Shown: one piece after another, positions 47,915 through 57,658 of the stretch
Layout: every line of letters starts with the position of its first letter
Numbering within the stretch: the first letter of the stretch is position 1
Source: Lawsonibacter sp.
GTDB lineage: Bacteria > Bacillota > Clostridia > Oscillospirales > Oscillospiraceae
Length of the DNA stretch: 64,000 bases
Direction: 5' to 3'
Assembly: GCA_050251755.1 (NCBI GenBank)
Contig: JBFWME010000003.1
Span: 15,821-79,820, forward strand
Notes under the pieces: model-generated
The model's input: the letters and a program-made list of their open reading frames with translations, nothing else
Databases searched by the model: none
Told to the model about the DNA's origin: nothing
Translations under genes and position numbers: made by a program

Positions 47915-48598
47915 ATGAGCATGAAGCATAAAAGCATTGCCATCGACGGCCCGGCGGGAGCGGGGAAGAGCACTCTGGCCCGTCAGGCGGCAAAGAAACT
48001 GGGATTTTTATATGTAGATACCGGGGCCATCTATCGAACGGTGGCGTTAAAAGCCCTGCGAGTCGGCGCCGATGCCGCAGATCCCGCCCAGGTGGTCCCT
48101 CTGCTGGAGGGGCTGGACATCCACATGGACTACGCAGACAGCGGAGAACAGCGGATGTATTTGGAGGATGAGGACGTATCTCAGGCCATTCGGGAGTATC
48201 AGGTATCCGGAATGGCGTCCAGGGTATCTGCGATTCCGGAGGTTCGGGCGTTTTTGCTGGAGCTTCAGAGGCGGCTGGCCAGAGAGCACGACGTGGTCAT
48301 GGACGGCCGAGACATCGGTACGGTGGTTCTCCCCGATGCCGACATAAAGATTTTTCTGACCGCCGCGCCGGAATCCAGGGCTCGTCGTCGTCTGCTGGAG
48401 ATGGAGCAGCGGGGCCAGTTGGTGGATTTTGATACTATTTTGCGGGACATCCGGCAGCGGGACGAACAGGATCGAACTCGCCCCATTGCCCCCCTGCGTC
48501 GGGCCGAGGATGCTGTCTTGCTGGATACGACCCGCCTGAATCTGGAGGAGAGTCTGCAGGCTCTGCTCTCCCTCATAAAGGAGAAGATTGACCTGTGA
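47915..48598 (+). CDS. cmk: cytidylate kinase
   Basis: IAIDGPAGAGKST, DTGAIYR, MDGRDIGTVV, PLRRAEDA. Confidence 0.97.
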   Translation: MSMKHKSIAIDGPAGAGKSTLARQAAKKLGFLYVDTGAIYRTVALKALRVGADAADPAQVVPLLEGLDIHMDYADSGEQRMYLEDEDVSQAIREYQVSGMASRVSAIPEVRAFLLELQRRLAREHDVVMDGRDIGTVVLPDADIKIFLTAAPESRARRRLLEMEQRGQLVDFDTILRDIRQRDEQDRTRPIAPLRRAEDAVLLDTTRLNLEESLQALLSLIKEKIDL

Positions 48599-49239
48599 GT
48601 ACCGAAATTGCAGACAAGGAACCGAAGAGCCGGGAAGATCGGAAAACGGATGCCTGGTTTCGGTTTTTGTACACCGTAATCTGGCCATTTTTCAATTTGT
48701 TTCGGCCAATTCGGGTCCTGGGTCGGGAACATATTCCGGATGGCCCGGCGGTGATTTGTCCCAACCACACCACCATTGGCGACCCCTTTTATGTGGTCTT
48801 TGCCTTTCGGCGGACATATCCAATGCGAGCTATGGCCAAGATCCAGATTATGCGAGTGCCTTTTATCGGATGGATTTTGGGCAAGGCCGGGGTTTTTGGA
48901 GTAGATCGGGGCCATGCGGACATGAGGGCGGTAAAAGTAGCGCTGAAGTTTTTGAAGGACGGAAATAAGCTGCTGATGTTTCCGGAGGGGACCCGGGTCC
49001 ACGGGGGGGAAGATGTGGCCGCCAAAACCGGCGCAGCCATGTTTGCCACGCGGACGGGAGTCCCGCTGCTGCCCGTATATATCCAGACCAAAAAGAAACT
49101 GTTTTCTCGCAATGTGGTGGTGATTGGATCTCCCTTTTATCCGAGATTTGAAGGACGCAAGCCAACCACAGATGAGCTGGACTCCATTACGGAGGACTTG
49201 ATGGGACGAATTCGTGTGCTGGGGGAGGGACAGCCGTGA
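48595..49239 (+). CDS. plsC: 1-acyl-sn-glycerol-3-phosphate acyltransferase
   Basis: PNHTTIGD (HxxxxD), MAK, FPEGTR. Confidence 0.88.
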   Translation: MSTEIADKEPKSREDRKTDAWFRFLYTVIWPFFNLFRPIRVLGREHIPDGPAVICPNHTTIGDPFYVVFAFRRTYPMRAMAKIQIMRVPFIGWILGKAGVFGVDRGHADMRAVKVALKFLKDGNKLLMFPEGTRVHGGEDVAAKTGAAMFATRTGVPLLPVYIQTKKKLFSRNVVVIGSPFYPRFEGRKPTTDELDSITEDLMGRIRVLGEGQP

Positions 49240-51203
49240 AGCTGATTCTGGCCCAGTCCGCGGGCTTTTGCTACGGAGTGCGCCGGGCGGTGGAACTGGC
49301 GGAAAAGACGGCCGAAGTGGGAACGCCGTGCGTGATGCTTGGTTCGATCATCCACAACCGGAATGTCATAGACTGTCTGGCCCAAAAGGGGCTAAAGACG
49401 GTAGAGCGGCCTGAGGATGTCCCCGATGGGGCCGCGGTCATTATCCGGTCCCATGGGGAGAGCCGGGCCGTCTATGAACAACTGCAGAAACGCGGCACCC
49501 GGATTCTGGATGCCACTTGCCCCAATGTGACCCGCATTCACCAAATCGTGGCCCAAGCTGAGGCATTGGGAAGGCAGCCCGTCATCATCGGGACTCCGGA
49601 CCATCCCGAGGTGGTGGCCATCGCCGGATGGTGCTGTCATCCGGTGGTGCTTTCGGGGGAGGAGGAGCTGGAACACTGGCTTGCTCAAAGTCCGGAGCGC
49701 AGAAAGCTTCCGCTGACGTTCGTCTCCCAAACCACATCTACCAGGAAAATTTGGGATGGGTGCATGAAAAAAGCAAAAAAAGAGTGTACAAACTCAGAAT
49801 TTTTTGATACAATATGTGGAGCGACGTCCAAACGCCAGGAAGAGGCCAGCCAGCTGGCCGAGCAGTGCGGCATGATGGTGATCGTTGGCGACAGTCACAG
49901 TTCCAATACCAAGCGCCTTGCAGAGCTTTGCAGGAACGTCTGTCCCGATGTTCGTCTGATTGAGCGGGCAGAAGATCTGGACCTGACCAGCATGCCCTCG
50001 GCGAATATGATCGGTATCACGGCGGGTGCCTCTACACCTGCGTGGATAATAAAGGAGGTCTATGACAAAATGAGCGACGAAATTATGGAGATCGAAAAAT
50101 CCTTCGCGGAGTTGCTGGAGGAGTCGATCAAAACTTTAAATACGGGGGATAAGGTCACGGGTACAGTGGTTGAGATTACACCCACTGAGATCCAGGTGGA
50201 ACTGGGTATCAAGTATCCCGGTTACATTCCGCTGTCCGAGCTGAGCGATGATCCTACCGTGAAGCCCGAGGATATTGTAAAGGTAGGCGACGAGATCGAG
50301 ACCTACGTCATGCTGGTCAGCGACCGCGATTGCCTGGTTAAGCTTTCCAAAAAGCGCCTGGACATGGTAAAGAACTGGGAAGTAATTGAGACGGCCCGTG
50401 AAAACGAGACCGTGATGGAAGGCTTCGTCACCGAGGATAACAAGGGCGGTGTTGTGGTCTCCGTAAAGGGCATCCGCGTCTTTGTTCCCGCGTCCCAGAC
50501 CGGTCTGCCCCGTGAGACTCCCATGAGTGAGCTGCTCAAGCATAAGGTTCGCCTGATCATCACCGAGGTCAACCGCGCCCGTCGTCGTGTAGTTGGCTCC
50601 ATCAGCAAGGTGTCCCGGGCCGAGCGGTCTGCTGCCGCGGAGCGGGTTTGGGCCGAGATCGAGGATGGCAAGCGTTATACCGGCACTGTGAAGTCCCTGA
50701 CTTCTTATGGCGCGTTTGTAGACATCGGCGGTGTGGATGGCATGGTTCACATTTCCGAACTGTCCTGGAGCCGCATTAAGCACCCGTCTGAGGTGGTTAA
50801 GGTGGGCGATACGGTAGAGGTGTACGTCATTTCTGCCGACAAGGAGAAGAAGAAGATTTCCTTGGGTATGAAGGACCACAGCCAGGAGCCCTGGAGCGTG
50901 TTTACCAGCACCTATAACGTGGGTGACGTGGCCAATGTCCGCATTGTCAAGCTGATGACCTTTGGCGCCTTTGCCGAGGTAGTTCCCGGCGTGGATGGTC
51001 TGATCCACATTTCTCAGATTGCCGACCATCGCATCGAGAAGCCCGGCGACGTACTGTCCGAGGGTGACAAGGTGGATGTGAAGATCACCGACGTCGACAT
51101 GGAGAATAAGAAGATATCCCTGTCAATCCGTGCTCTGCTGGAGACCCCCGCTGAGGAGCAGCCAGAGGCGGAGGCCGAAGCCGAGGCCGAAACTCAGGAA
51201 TAA
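49236..51203 (+). CDS. ispH: bifunctional IspH (LytB) / 30S ribosomal protein S1 fusion
   Basis: N-half AGFCYGV, IIHN, DATCP, QTT, DTICGAT, ITAGASTP; C-half four S1 repeats (YGAFVDIGGVDGMVHISELSW); no stop between. Confidence 0.97.
   Translation: MKLILAQSAGFCYGVRRAVELAEKTAEVGTPCVMLGSIIHNRNVIDCLAQKGLKTVERPEDVPDGAAVIIRSHGESRAVYEQLQKRGTRILDATCPNVTRIHQIVAQAEALGRQPVIIGTPDHPEVVAIAGWCCHPVVLSGEEELEHWLAQSPERRKLPLTFVSQTTSTRKIWDGCMKKAKKECTNSEFFDTICGATSKRQEEASQLAEQCGMMVIVGDSHSSNTKRLAELCRNVCPDVRLIERAEDLDLTSMPSANMIGITAGASTPAWIIKEVYDKMSDEIMEIEKSFAELLEESIKTLNTGDKVTGTVVEITPTEIQVELGIKYPGYIPLSELSDDPTVKPEDIVKVGDEIETYVMLVSDRDCLVKLSKKRLDMVKNWEVIETARENETVMEGFVTEDNKGGVVVSVKGIRVFVPASQTGLPRETPMSELLKHKVRLIITEVNRARRRVVGSISKVSRAERSAAAERVWAEIEDGKRYTGTVKSLTSYGAFVDIGGVDGMVHISELSWSRIKHPSEVVKVGDTVEVYVISADKEKKKISLGMKDHSQEPWSVFTSTYNVGDVANVRIVKLMTFGAFAEVVPGVDGLIHISQIADHRIEKPGDVLSEGDKVDVKITDVDMENKKISLSIRALLETPAEEQPEAEAEAEAETQE
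49767..49813 (+). promoter_or_regulatory. candidate internal sigma-A promoter inside ispH
   Basis: A-tracts 49767-49781, TGTACA (49785-49790), 17 bp, TACAAT (49808-49813) with TG at 49805-49806; AT-rich island in a GC-rich CDS. Confidence 0.6.
50051..50072 (+). promoter_or_regulatory. rpsA: internal Shine-Dalgarno and in-frame ATG at start of S1 moiety
   Basis: AAAGGAGGT (50051-50059), then in-frame ATG 50070 (MSDEIME...) at the domain junction. Confidence 0.65.
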
Positions 51204-51212
51204 TTTAACTTT

Positions 51213-51255
51213 AAAAAGCAGTCCGGTTGCCATTTGGCGACTGGGCTGTTTTTTT
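51213..51255. terminator. intrinsic terminator
   Basis: AAAAAGCAGTCCGGTTGCC-ATTT-GGCGACTGGGCTGTTTTTTT. Confidence 0.88.
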
Positions 51256-51311
51256 AATTTTGTAAAATCGTTGAAATTTTGCTTTATTTCAGGAAAATGC
51301 ACCAGATTCCC

Positions 51312-51340
51312 TTGCACAAAAACGTTTAAATTGATATAAT
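51312..51340 (+). promoter_or_regulatory. sigma-A promoter of carD
   Basis: TTGCAC, 17 bp, TATAAT with TG extension. Confidence 0.75.
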
Positions 51341-51391
51341 GAAGGGGAAAATGTAAGGTAGTAGAGATGGTTTGCGGACTGGAGGTGCCAA

Positions 51392-51871
51392 ATGTCGTTC
51401 CGGGTTGGAGACAAGGTTGTTCATCCGATGTATGGGGCTGGTGTGCTGGAGAGCGTGGTCCAGAAAAAGATAGACGGTGTGGTGCGGGAATACTACATCA
51501 TGAAGCTGCCCAAACGTTCCATGGTGGTGATGATTCCAACGGAAAGCAGTGAAGAAATCGGAGTCCGCCCTGTGGTGGATGAAGGACAGGCGGACCGAGT
51601 GCTGGCTGCCATTCCAACCATCCAGGTGGAAATGACCACGAACTGGAATCACCGGTACCGCGAAAATATGGAGCGGCTGAAAAGCGGCGATTTGCTGGAG
51701 GTGGCCAGGGTGGTCAAGGGATTGACGATCCGCGACTCCAAGCGAGGCCTGTCCACGGGAGAACGAAAAATGCTCCATTCCGCCCGTCAGATCCTGATTT
51801 CCGAATTGGTTTTGTCAAAAAGCCTGAGTTATGAAGCAGTAGAAGAGGAACTGGATACCGCTTTGGCATAA
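51392..51871 (+). CDS. carD: CarD family transcriptional regulator
   Basis: F.VGDKVVHPMYGAG, MIPT, NWNHRYRENMERLKSGD, LSTGERKML..ARQILISEL. Confidence 0.95.
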   Translation: MSFRVGDKVVHPMYGAGVLESVVQKKIDGVVREYYIMKLPKRSMVVMIPTESSEEIGVRPVVDEGQADRVLAAIPTIQVEMTTNWNHRYRENMERLKSGDLLEVARVVKGLTIRDSKRGLSTGERKMLHSARQILISELVLSKSLSYEAVEEELDTALA

Positions 51872-51909
51872 AAAGAACGTCTAAAGGAATACAATCCGAT
51901 AAAACCAGA

Positions 51910-51933
51910 AAAAGGAGCCCTTCGGCTCCTTTT
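51910..51933. terminator. intrinsic terminator between carD and ispD
   Basis: AAAAGGAGCC-CTTC-GGCTCCTTTT. Confidence 0.75.
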
Positions 51934-51987
51934 GGCTTGTCAGGCCCATTCGACGGTTTTTTCTTTGACTGGATAGGAGAAGGTTAT

Positions 51988-52719
51988 ATGGCTGGATTGC
52001 GGTCTATCTTTCTGAAAAAAAAGGCGGCTGTCACCTGTTCCGCTGTGGTGGTGGCAGCTGGTTCCGCCCGTAGGATGGAGGGCATCGATAAGGTGTTGGC
52101 TCCTTTGGGCGAACTTCCCGTTTTAGTTCATACTCTATATGCGTTTCAGGACTGTCCCGCCTTTGACGAGGTGGTGGTAGTGACCCGAGAAGATCTGCTT
52201 GTGGAGGTCAGCCAACTGTGCAGACAGTACGGTTTGGACAAGGTCACCAAAGTGGTCGTCGGGGGATCGGATCGGATTTATTCTGTGTGGGCCGGGCTTC
52301 AGGAAGTCAGGCCTGACGCGGGAGTGATTGCGATTCATGATGGCGCGCGCCCGCTGGTTCCTCAAATGGTGTTGGAGGAGGTTGTGGCTCGGGCCGGTGT
52401 AACCGGAGCCGCAGCCCCGGCTATTCCGGTTACGGACACCATAAAACGGGAGGAAAACGGTCTGGCGGTTGAAACGGTGGATCGCTCCGCGTTGTGGGCG
52501 GTTCAGACTCCACAGGTTTTTGAAGCCGGGCTGATTCGTGCTGCAATCAAAAAGGCGGTAGATGACGGGGAAACCCTGACCGACGACTGCGCCGCGGTGG
52601 AGAGACTTGGCATGAAGGTGTCCCTTACCACGGGAAGCCGGGAGAATATTAAGATTACAACCCCCTTTGATCTCTTGCTGGGGGAAGCCATTCTGGAAGC
52701 CAGGGCGATAGGAGTCTAA
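51988..52719 (+). CDS. ispD: 2-C-methyl-D-erythritol 4-phosphate cytidylyltransferase
   Basis: [40 protein letters not shown]. Confidence 0.96.
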   Translation: MAGLRSIFLKKKAAVTCSAVVVAAGSARRMEGIDKVLAPLGELPVLVHTLYAFQDCPAFDEVVVVTREDLLVEVSQLCRQYGLDKVTKVVVGGSDRIYSVWAGLQEVRPDAGVIAIHDGARPLVPQMVLEEVVARAGVTGAAAPAIPVTDTIKREENGLAVETVDRSALWAVQTPQVFEAGLIRAAIKKAVDDGETLTDDCAAVERLGMKVSLTTGSRENIKITTPFDLLLGEAILEARAIGV

Positions 52720-52721
52720 AC

Positions 52722-53201
52722 ATGCGAATTGGACATGGATACGACGTACATAAGCTTGTAGAAGGCCGAAAGCTAATTCTCGGCGGCGTAGACATCCCCT
52801 ATGAGAAGGGGCTTTTGGGACACTCAGATGCCGATGTGCTGACCCACGCTGTCATGGATGCGTTGTTGGGCGCTGCGGGGCTGGGAGATATCGGCCGGCA
52901 CTTTCCCGATACCGATCCCGCCTACGCCGGAGCGGACAGTCTTGTTCTGCTTGAGCGTGTGGCAGAGCTGCTGAAACAGGATGGCTGGCAAGTTGGCAAC
53001 GTGGACGCGACCATTCTGGCCCAGCGTCCAAAGCTGGCGCCATACATTCCTCAAATGCGGGAGAATTTGGCTGCCCATATCGGCGTGTCACTGGAACAGG
53101 TCAATGTAAAGGCCACCACCGAAGAGGGGTTGGGATTCACCGGTGCGGGCCAGGGCATGGCCGCTCACGCGGTCTGTCTGTTGAGTTCGGGACAGCCTTG
53201 A
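52722..53201 (+). CDS. ispF: 2-C-methyl-D-erythritol 2,4-cyclodiphosphate synthase
   Basis: [40 protein letters not shown]. Confidence 0.98.
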   Translation: MRIGHGYDVHKLVEGRKLILGGVDIPYEKGLLGHSDADVLTHAVMDALLGAAGLGDIGRHFPDTDPAYAGADSLVLLERVAELLKQDGWQVGNVDATILAQRPKLAPYIPQMRENLAAHIGVSLEQVNVKATTEEGLGFTGAGQGMAAHAVCLLSSGQP

Positions 53202-53212
53202 TGATGAAACTG

Positions 53213-53260
53213 AAAAAGGCCCACGGCAAGCAGCAGATGCTGAAGCCGTGGGCCTTTTTT
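53213..53260. terminator. intrinsic terminator
   Basis: AAAAAGGCCCACGGC...GCCGTGGGCCTTTTTT. Confidence 0.88.
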
Positions 53261-53411
53261 CTTTCCGGAAGAGAAAGAAGCAGAGCCGGAGTCCATTTAG
53301 GTGGCAGTAAAAAACCGTGCAGCATACACTAATTTAGAGAGGAGTTCTCTCTGCGGCCATACCTGACTGGGTACTTTGGCCAAACTGTCACCCCAAGAAA
53401 GGAACCGAATC

Positions 53412-53666
53412 ATGCTCTATTATCTCATTGTATGCCGCTCCTTGACCTATGCCCAGCGGACTGCCGCTGCCTTGGAGCGGGCGGGTATTACAGCCCGCAT
53501 TCTGCGCTCCCCGAAAAGCGTTGCGGGGGAGGGGTGCAGCCATTCCGTAAAGATTTCCCAGCGCAGCCTGCCGGATGCACTGCGGGTGCTTCAACGGGTT
53601 GATCTTACGCCAAAACGTATTTTCATTACGGCCGGGGATGGTAGTTACCAGGAGGTGGAACTGTGA
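53412..53666 (+). CDS. DUF3343 family (putative Se/S carrier-like) protein
   Basis: YLIVCRSLTYAQR...L...GI....RSP..V...GCSHSVKI; overlaps desulfurase start (GTGA). Confidence 0.8.
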   Translation: MLYYLIVCRSLTYAQRTAAALERAGITARILRSPKSVAGEGCSHSVKISQRSLPDALRVLQRVDLTPKRIFITAGDGSYQEVEL

Positions 53667-54784
53667 TTTATTTGGACAGCGCAGCCACCACACTGCAAAA
53701 ACCACCCGCTGTAGCGCAGGCCTCGGCCAGGGCCATTAATCATTTGGCCAGCCCTGGAAGAGGAGGACATCGACCGGCTATGGCTGCCGCCGAAGCGGCC
53801 TTCTCCTGTCGGGAGGAGGCCGCAGCCCTGTTCCATGTGGCTTCACCGGAGCAAGTCGTCTTTACGTTTAATGCCACGCATGGGCTGAATATTGCAATCA
53901 AGACCCTGGTAAAGCCGGGGAGCAAAGTTTTGATTTCCGGCTACGAGCACAACGCGGTGACCAGGCCCCTCCATGCCATTCCGGATGTGGAAATTCGAGT
54001 GGCCAGCGCGCCGCTCTTTGACCGGGCTGCCATGACAGAAGCCTTCCGAATGGAACTGGAAAAGGGCGTGGATGCCGTGGTCTGTACTCATGTGTCCAAT
54101 GTATTTGGCTTTATCCTGCCAATCGAGGAAATTGCCGCTTTATGCCGAACACATGAAGTTCCGTTTGTTGTGGACGCAGCCCAGTCGGCGGGCTGTCTCC
54201 CACTGGATTTCCAGGCGCTGGGAGCCGACTTTGTCGCGATGCCAGGTCATAAGGGACTCTACGGCCCTCAGGGAACCGGGTTACTTCTTTGTGCTCGAGA
54301 CCCGGATCCCCTTCTGGAGGGAGGAACGGGAAGCGAATCCATCCGACAGTCCATGCCTGACTTTCTGCCAGACCGGCTGGAAGCGGGCACTCACAACATT
54401 GCAGGAATCGCCGGTCTGCTGGAAGGGCTGCGCTATCTGCGCCGTCGGGACGTAACGGCCATTATGGCCCACGAACGGCGGCTGATCCGTCAAATGGGGG
54501 AGGGGTTATCGGCGCTTCCCGGCGCACAGGTATTCTGGGCAATGGGAAAAGACGCGCAAGCCGGAGTCCTTTCGTTCCGATTGGACGAACAGGATTGTGA
54601 ACAGGTGGGGGAGGAACTGGCCGATCGTGGGTTTGCATTGCGGGCCGGACTTCATTGTGCTCCTCTGGCGCATCAAACGGCCGGCACGCTGGAGACCGGT
54701 ACCATTCGGGCCAGTGTTTCTGCGTTTAATTCCGACCAGGAAATCCGGTTGTTTTTGCGGGCGGTAAGTTCTCTGACCAAGTAA
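53663..54784 (+). CDS. cysteine desulfurase family protein (class V aminotransferase, group II)
   Basis: IYLDSAATT, VDAAQSAG, PGHKGLYGPQGTG (PLP Lys), RAGLHCAPLAH (catalytic Cys). Confidence 0.93.
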   Translation: MIYLDSAATTLQKPPAVAQASARAINHLASPGRGGHRPAMAAAEAAFSCREEAAALFHVASPEQVVFTFNATHGLNIAIKTLVKPGSKVLISGYEHNAVTRPLHAIPDVEIRVASAPLFDRAAMTEAFRMELEKGVDAVVCTHVSNVFGFILPIEEIAALCRTHEVPFVVDAAQSAGCLPLDFQALGADFVAMPGHKGLYGPQGTGLLLCARDPDPLLEGGTGSESIRQSMPDFLPDRLEAGTHNIAGIAGLLEGLRYLRRRDVTAIMAHERRLIRQMGEGLSALPGAQVFWAMGKDAQAGVLSFRLDEQDCEQVGEELADRGFALRAGLHCAPLAHQTAGTLETGTIRASVSAFNSDQEIRLFLRAVSSLTK

Positions 54785-54797
54785 TTCGGACTGAAGT

Positions 54798-54846
54798 GCC
54801 TCTTGAGACAGCGTTGCCTTTTTGCTGTTTCAGGAGGCTCCTTTTT
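54798..54846 (+). terminator. intrinsic terminator
   Basis: GCCTCTTGAGACAGC / GCTGTTTCAGGAGGC stem, then TCCTTTTT. Confidence 0.75.
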
Positions 54847-54941
54847 GTTTCTTTCGAGTGCAACTTGTCATTTCCATTGGAAGAATACAAAGATTTCAAA
54901 AAAAATTCACGAAATTTTCATGCCCCCTTATCTCTTTCATG

Positions 54942-54970
54942 TTGCCAATCCAGGAGGAATATCGTATAAT
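54942..54970 (+). promoter_or_regulatory. sigma-A promoter of cdaA operon
   Basis: TTGCCA, 17 bp, TATAAT. Confidence 0.75.
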
Positions 54971-55084
54971 AATACCTAATGAATAAATGTCTCTTCCTTT
55001 TCTGCCTTATCCCGGAAGAAAAGCGAGGGATTGTATCGGAACGATATTCCAAGCCGTATCATGGCGAAAGAGGTGGTCTTCTTG

Positions 55085-55963
55085 GTGGAAGCGGCACAGA
55101 TCTTTTTACAAACCAATCTGCCTATGATTCGGCTTCGTTTGGCCGATATCCTGGACATTGCCATCCTCTCACTGGTGATCTACAAGATGCTGTGGATGCT
55201 GCGCAAAACCAGCTCGGGCCGGGTTTTGCGGGGCATTATGATTTTGGTCTTTGCGATGTGGCTGTCCTCAGCCATCCCCCTGACTGCTACCAGCTTTCTG
55301 CTGAGCAAGGTGGTGGAATGGGGTATTTTGGTGCTTGTGATCCTGTTTCAGCCTGAACTCCGGCGCTTTTTGGAGCGGATGGGCAGCAGCCGTTTTGGCT
55401 TTGTGTTCACAACGTCCAAGCCTTCTTCCATGGATCTGGAAACGGCAATTACCGAGACAACAGAAGCTTATGCCCACATGTCGCGGGAAAAAGTAGGAGC
55501 GCTGATGGTCTTTGAACGCAAAAACCTGCTGGATGACATCATCAAAACGGGTACCGCATTGGACTGTGCCGTGTCCAGTGAACTACTGAAAAATATCTTC
55601 TGGAATAAAGCTCCCCTGCACGACGGTGCCGTCATCGTCCGGGATGGACGGATCATCGGCGCTGGGTGCATGCTGCCCCTGTCGGGCAACGTGAATTTGA
55701 GCCGGGATTTGGGAATGCGTCACCGGGCCGGGATCGGAATGAGTGAGCATTCCGACGCGGTGGTGGTTATTGTCTCGGAGGAGACGGGTTCCATCTCCGC
55801 CGCTGTCAACGGAATGCTGAAGCGTCACCTGGCTCCTGAAACATTGGAGCGTCTGCTGCGCAACGAGCTGCTGAATGAAACCCAGGAGGAAAAGAAAACC
55901 GCTCAGATTCCATTGCTCAACTTGATTCTGGGCCGAAGCAAGAAGGAGAGTGATCGGCCGTGA
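55085..55963 (+). CDS. cdaA: diadenylate cyclase CdaA
   Basis: 3 TM helices, ILFQPELRRFLE, APLHDGAV (DGA), GMRHRA (RHR), VSEETG; start approximate (55061-55085). Confidence 0.96.
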   Translation: MEAAQIFLQTNLPMIRLRLADILDIAILSLVIYKMLWMLRKTSSGRVLRGIMILVFAMWLSSAIPLTATSFLLSKVVEWGILVLVILFQPELRRFLERMGSSRFGFVFTTSKPSSMDLETAITETTEAYAHMSREKVGALMVFERKNLLDDIIKTGTALDCAVSSELLKNIFWNKAPLHDGAVIVRDGRIIGAGCMLPLSGNVNLSRDLGMRHRAGIGMSEHSDAVVVIVSEETGSISAAVNGMLKRHLAPETLERLLRNELLNETQEEKKTAQIPLLNLILGRSKKESDRP

Positions 55964-57192
55964 TGGAGCGTCTTCGTGAGAGCAAGTGGGTCTATGTACT
56001 GCTGTCCATCCTGCTGGCCGTGGTGTTTTGGCTTTATGTAAGAGCGGAACTGGATCCCCCCCAGGCAAGCTGGTTTTATAATGTTCCGGTGGAAATAACG
56101 GGAGAAAGCGTATTGACACGCCAGGGGCTGACGGCGTCCGCCTTGTCTACGGAAGAAGTAAGCCTGAGAGTGGAGGCCCCCGCCAGCGTGTTGGACAGCT
56201 TATCCCGCAACCGAAAGGACTTTTGGGTGACTCTGGATGTGTCCAAGTGCGTGGAGGGAGAAAACAGACTGACCTATACGCCCAGTTGGCCCACAAATAT
56301 CAATACGGAGAATGTTACTACCGTGAACAGAGAGCCGGAAGGAATCATCGTAACGGTAGAAAAGCTGTACACGAACACGTTCAATGTGGAATTTCAGCTG
56401 CGGGGGAAAGTAGCCGACGGCTATCAGGCCGGAACCCCGGCCATTAGTCCCGAGACGGTAGTAGTCAGCGGAGCGGTGGAGCAGGTGAGCCAGGTGGCCA
56501 AGGTGGTTGCTGTTTTGGAGGATGATGATCTTGACGAGCGCTTTGCCGGGGATCTGCCTTTGAAACTGTTCAATTCAGCCGGAGAAGAGCTCACGGATCT
56601 GGATGTGACATTGGATTCCGACTACGCCTATGTGGTTTTGCCTGTCGTGGTGGAAAAGGAGATTCCGCTGACGGTGAATTTCTTACCCGGCGGAGGCGCC
56701 ACCGAGGAGGATATGTCGTGGGAGATCAATCCAAGCACCATTGTCGTCTCCGGCGCAGAAGCGGATCTTCAGGATTTGACCGAGCTGTCTCTTGGCAGCG
56801 TGGATTTGTCCAAGGTTGTGGGTACGAATAACATTACATTCCCCATCTCTCTGGATCCAAGCCTGGAAAATGTGAGCGGAATTACGTCGGCCACGGTTAC
56901 TGTGACGGTCAACGGTCTGTCCACCCGCACGTTTGATGTGAATAACATTCAATTGTCTAACGTACCAAACGGCTACAGCGTGACCTCGGCTACCCAAGTC
57001 AGGACGGTTGTGGTTCGCGGCAGAGAGGAAGATCTGGAAAACATTGATGTTAGTCAGTTGCGCATTGTTGCGGATATGTCCGAAATCACAAGTGTCGGCA
57101 CCTACTCGGTTCCGGTAAAGGTTTACCTGGATGCGAATAGTTCGGTGGGTGTCATTGGAGATTATTCCATTGTGGTAAAAATCAGCAAGTAG
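55960..57192 (+). CDS. cdaR: CdaR / YbbR-like regulator
   Basis: N-terminal SILLAVVFWLYV anchor, repeated YbbR-type beta domains (P.TVVVSGA), directly after cdaA. Confidence 0.9.
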   Translation: MMERLRESKWVYVLLSILLAVVFWLYVRAELDPPQASWFYNVPVEITGESVLTRQGLTASALSTEEVSLRVEAPASVLDSLSRNRKDFWVTLDVSKCVEGENRLTYTPSWPTNINTENVTTVNREPEGIIVTVEKLYTNTFNVEFQLRGKVADGYQAGTPAISPETVVVSGAVEQVSQVAKVVAVLEDDDLDERFAGDLPLKLFNSAGEELTDLDVTLDSDYAYVVLPVVVEKEIPLTVNFLPGGGATEEDMSWEINPSTIVVSGAEADLQDLTELSLGSVDLSKVVGTNNITFPISLDPSLENVSGITSATVTVTVNGLSTRTFDVNNIQLSNVPNGYSVTSATQVRTVVVRGREEDLENIDVSQLRIVADMSEITSVGTYSVPVKVYLDANSSVGVIGDYSIVVKISK

Positions 57193-57226
57193 TGTTCCCT
57201 GTTATCTGTTTGGAGGCAAATAAATC

Positions 57227-57649
57227 ATGGTTCAAAATGCAATTGTGAAGAAAATAATAAAGGAAGATGTGGCCGAAGTTTCCCTGCTGCGCCAAATGGA
57301 GTGCGGCCTGCACTGTGATGGTGCCTGTGCTGGATGCGGTCAAAAACCCAAGGAGGAAATTCTGGCCTTGGCCAGCAATTTGATCGAGGCAAAGACTGGT
57401 GATGTGGTAGAAGTTGCACCGGTAGGCGGCCACAATATCAGCACATCCGTGGTGGTGTTCCTGCTCCCCTGCATTGGCCTTGCAGCTGGGTATGTTTTGG
57501 GACAAAGCCTACTTCATTTGAGTGAAATAGCGGCTTTGGGCACCGCGGCCATCGGTTTGGTGGCAGGTTTTGTTCCGGCTTTTCTGGTCAATCGGTCGAT
57601 TACCCGGAGTAAGGCCCCGGAATTCAAAATTTTGAAAGTTCTGTCCTGA
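57227..57649 (+). CDS. RseC/MucC (SoxR-reducing system) family protein
   Basis: N-terminal Cys cluster CGLHCDGACAGC, A.N...AK.GDVVEV, two C-terminal TM helices. Confidence 0.82.
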   Translation: MVQNAIVKKIIKEDVAEVSLLRQMECGLHCDGACAGCGQKPKEEILALASNLIEAKTGDVVEVAPVGGHNISTSVVVFLLPCIGLAAGYVLGQSLLHLSEIAALGTAAIGLVAGFVPAFLVNRSITRSKAPEFKILKVLS

Positions 57650-57658
57650 GGAATTTTT

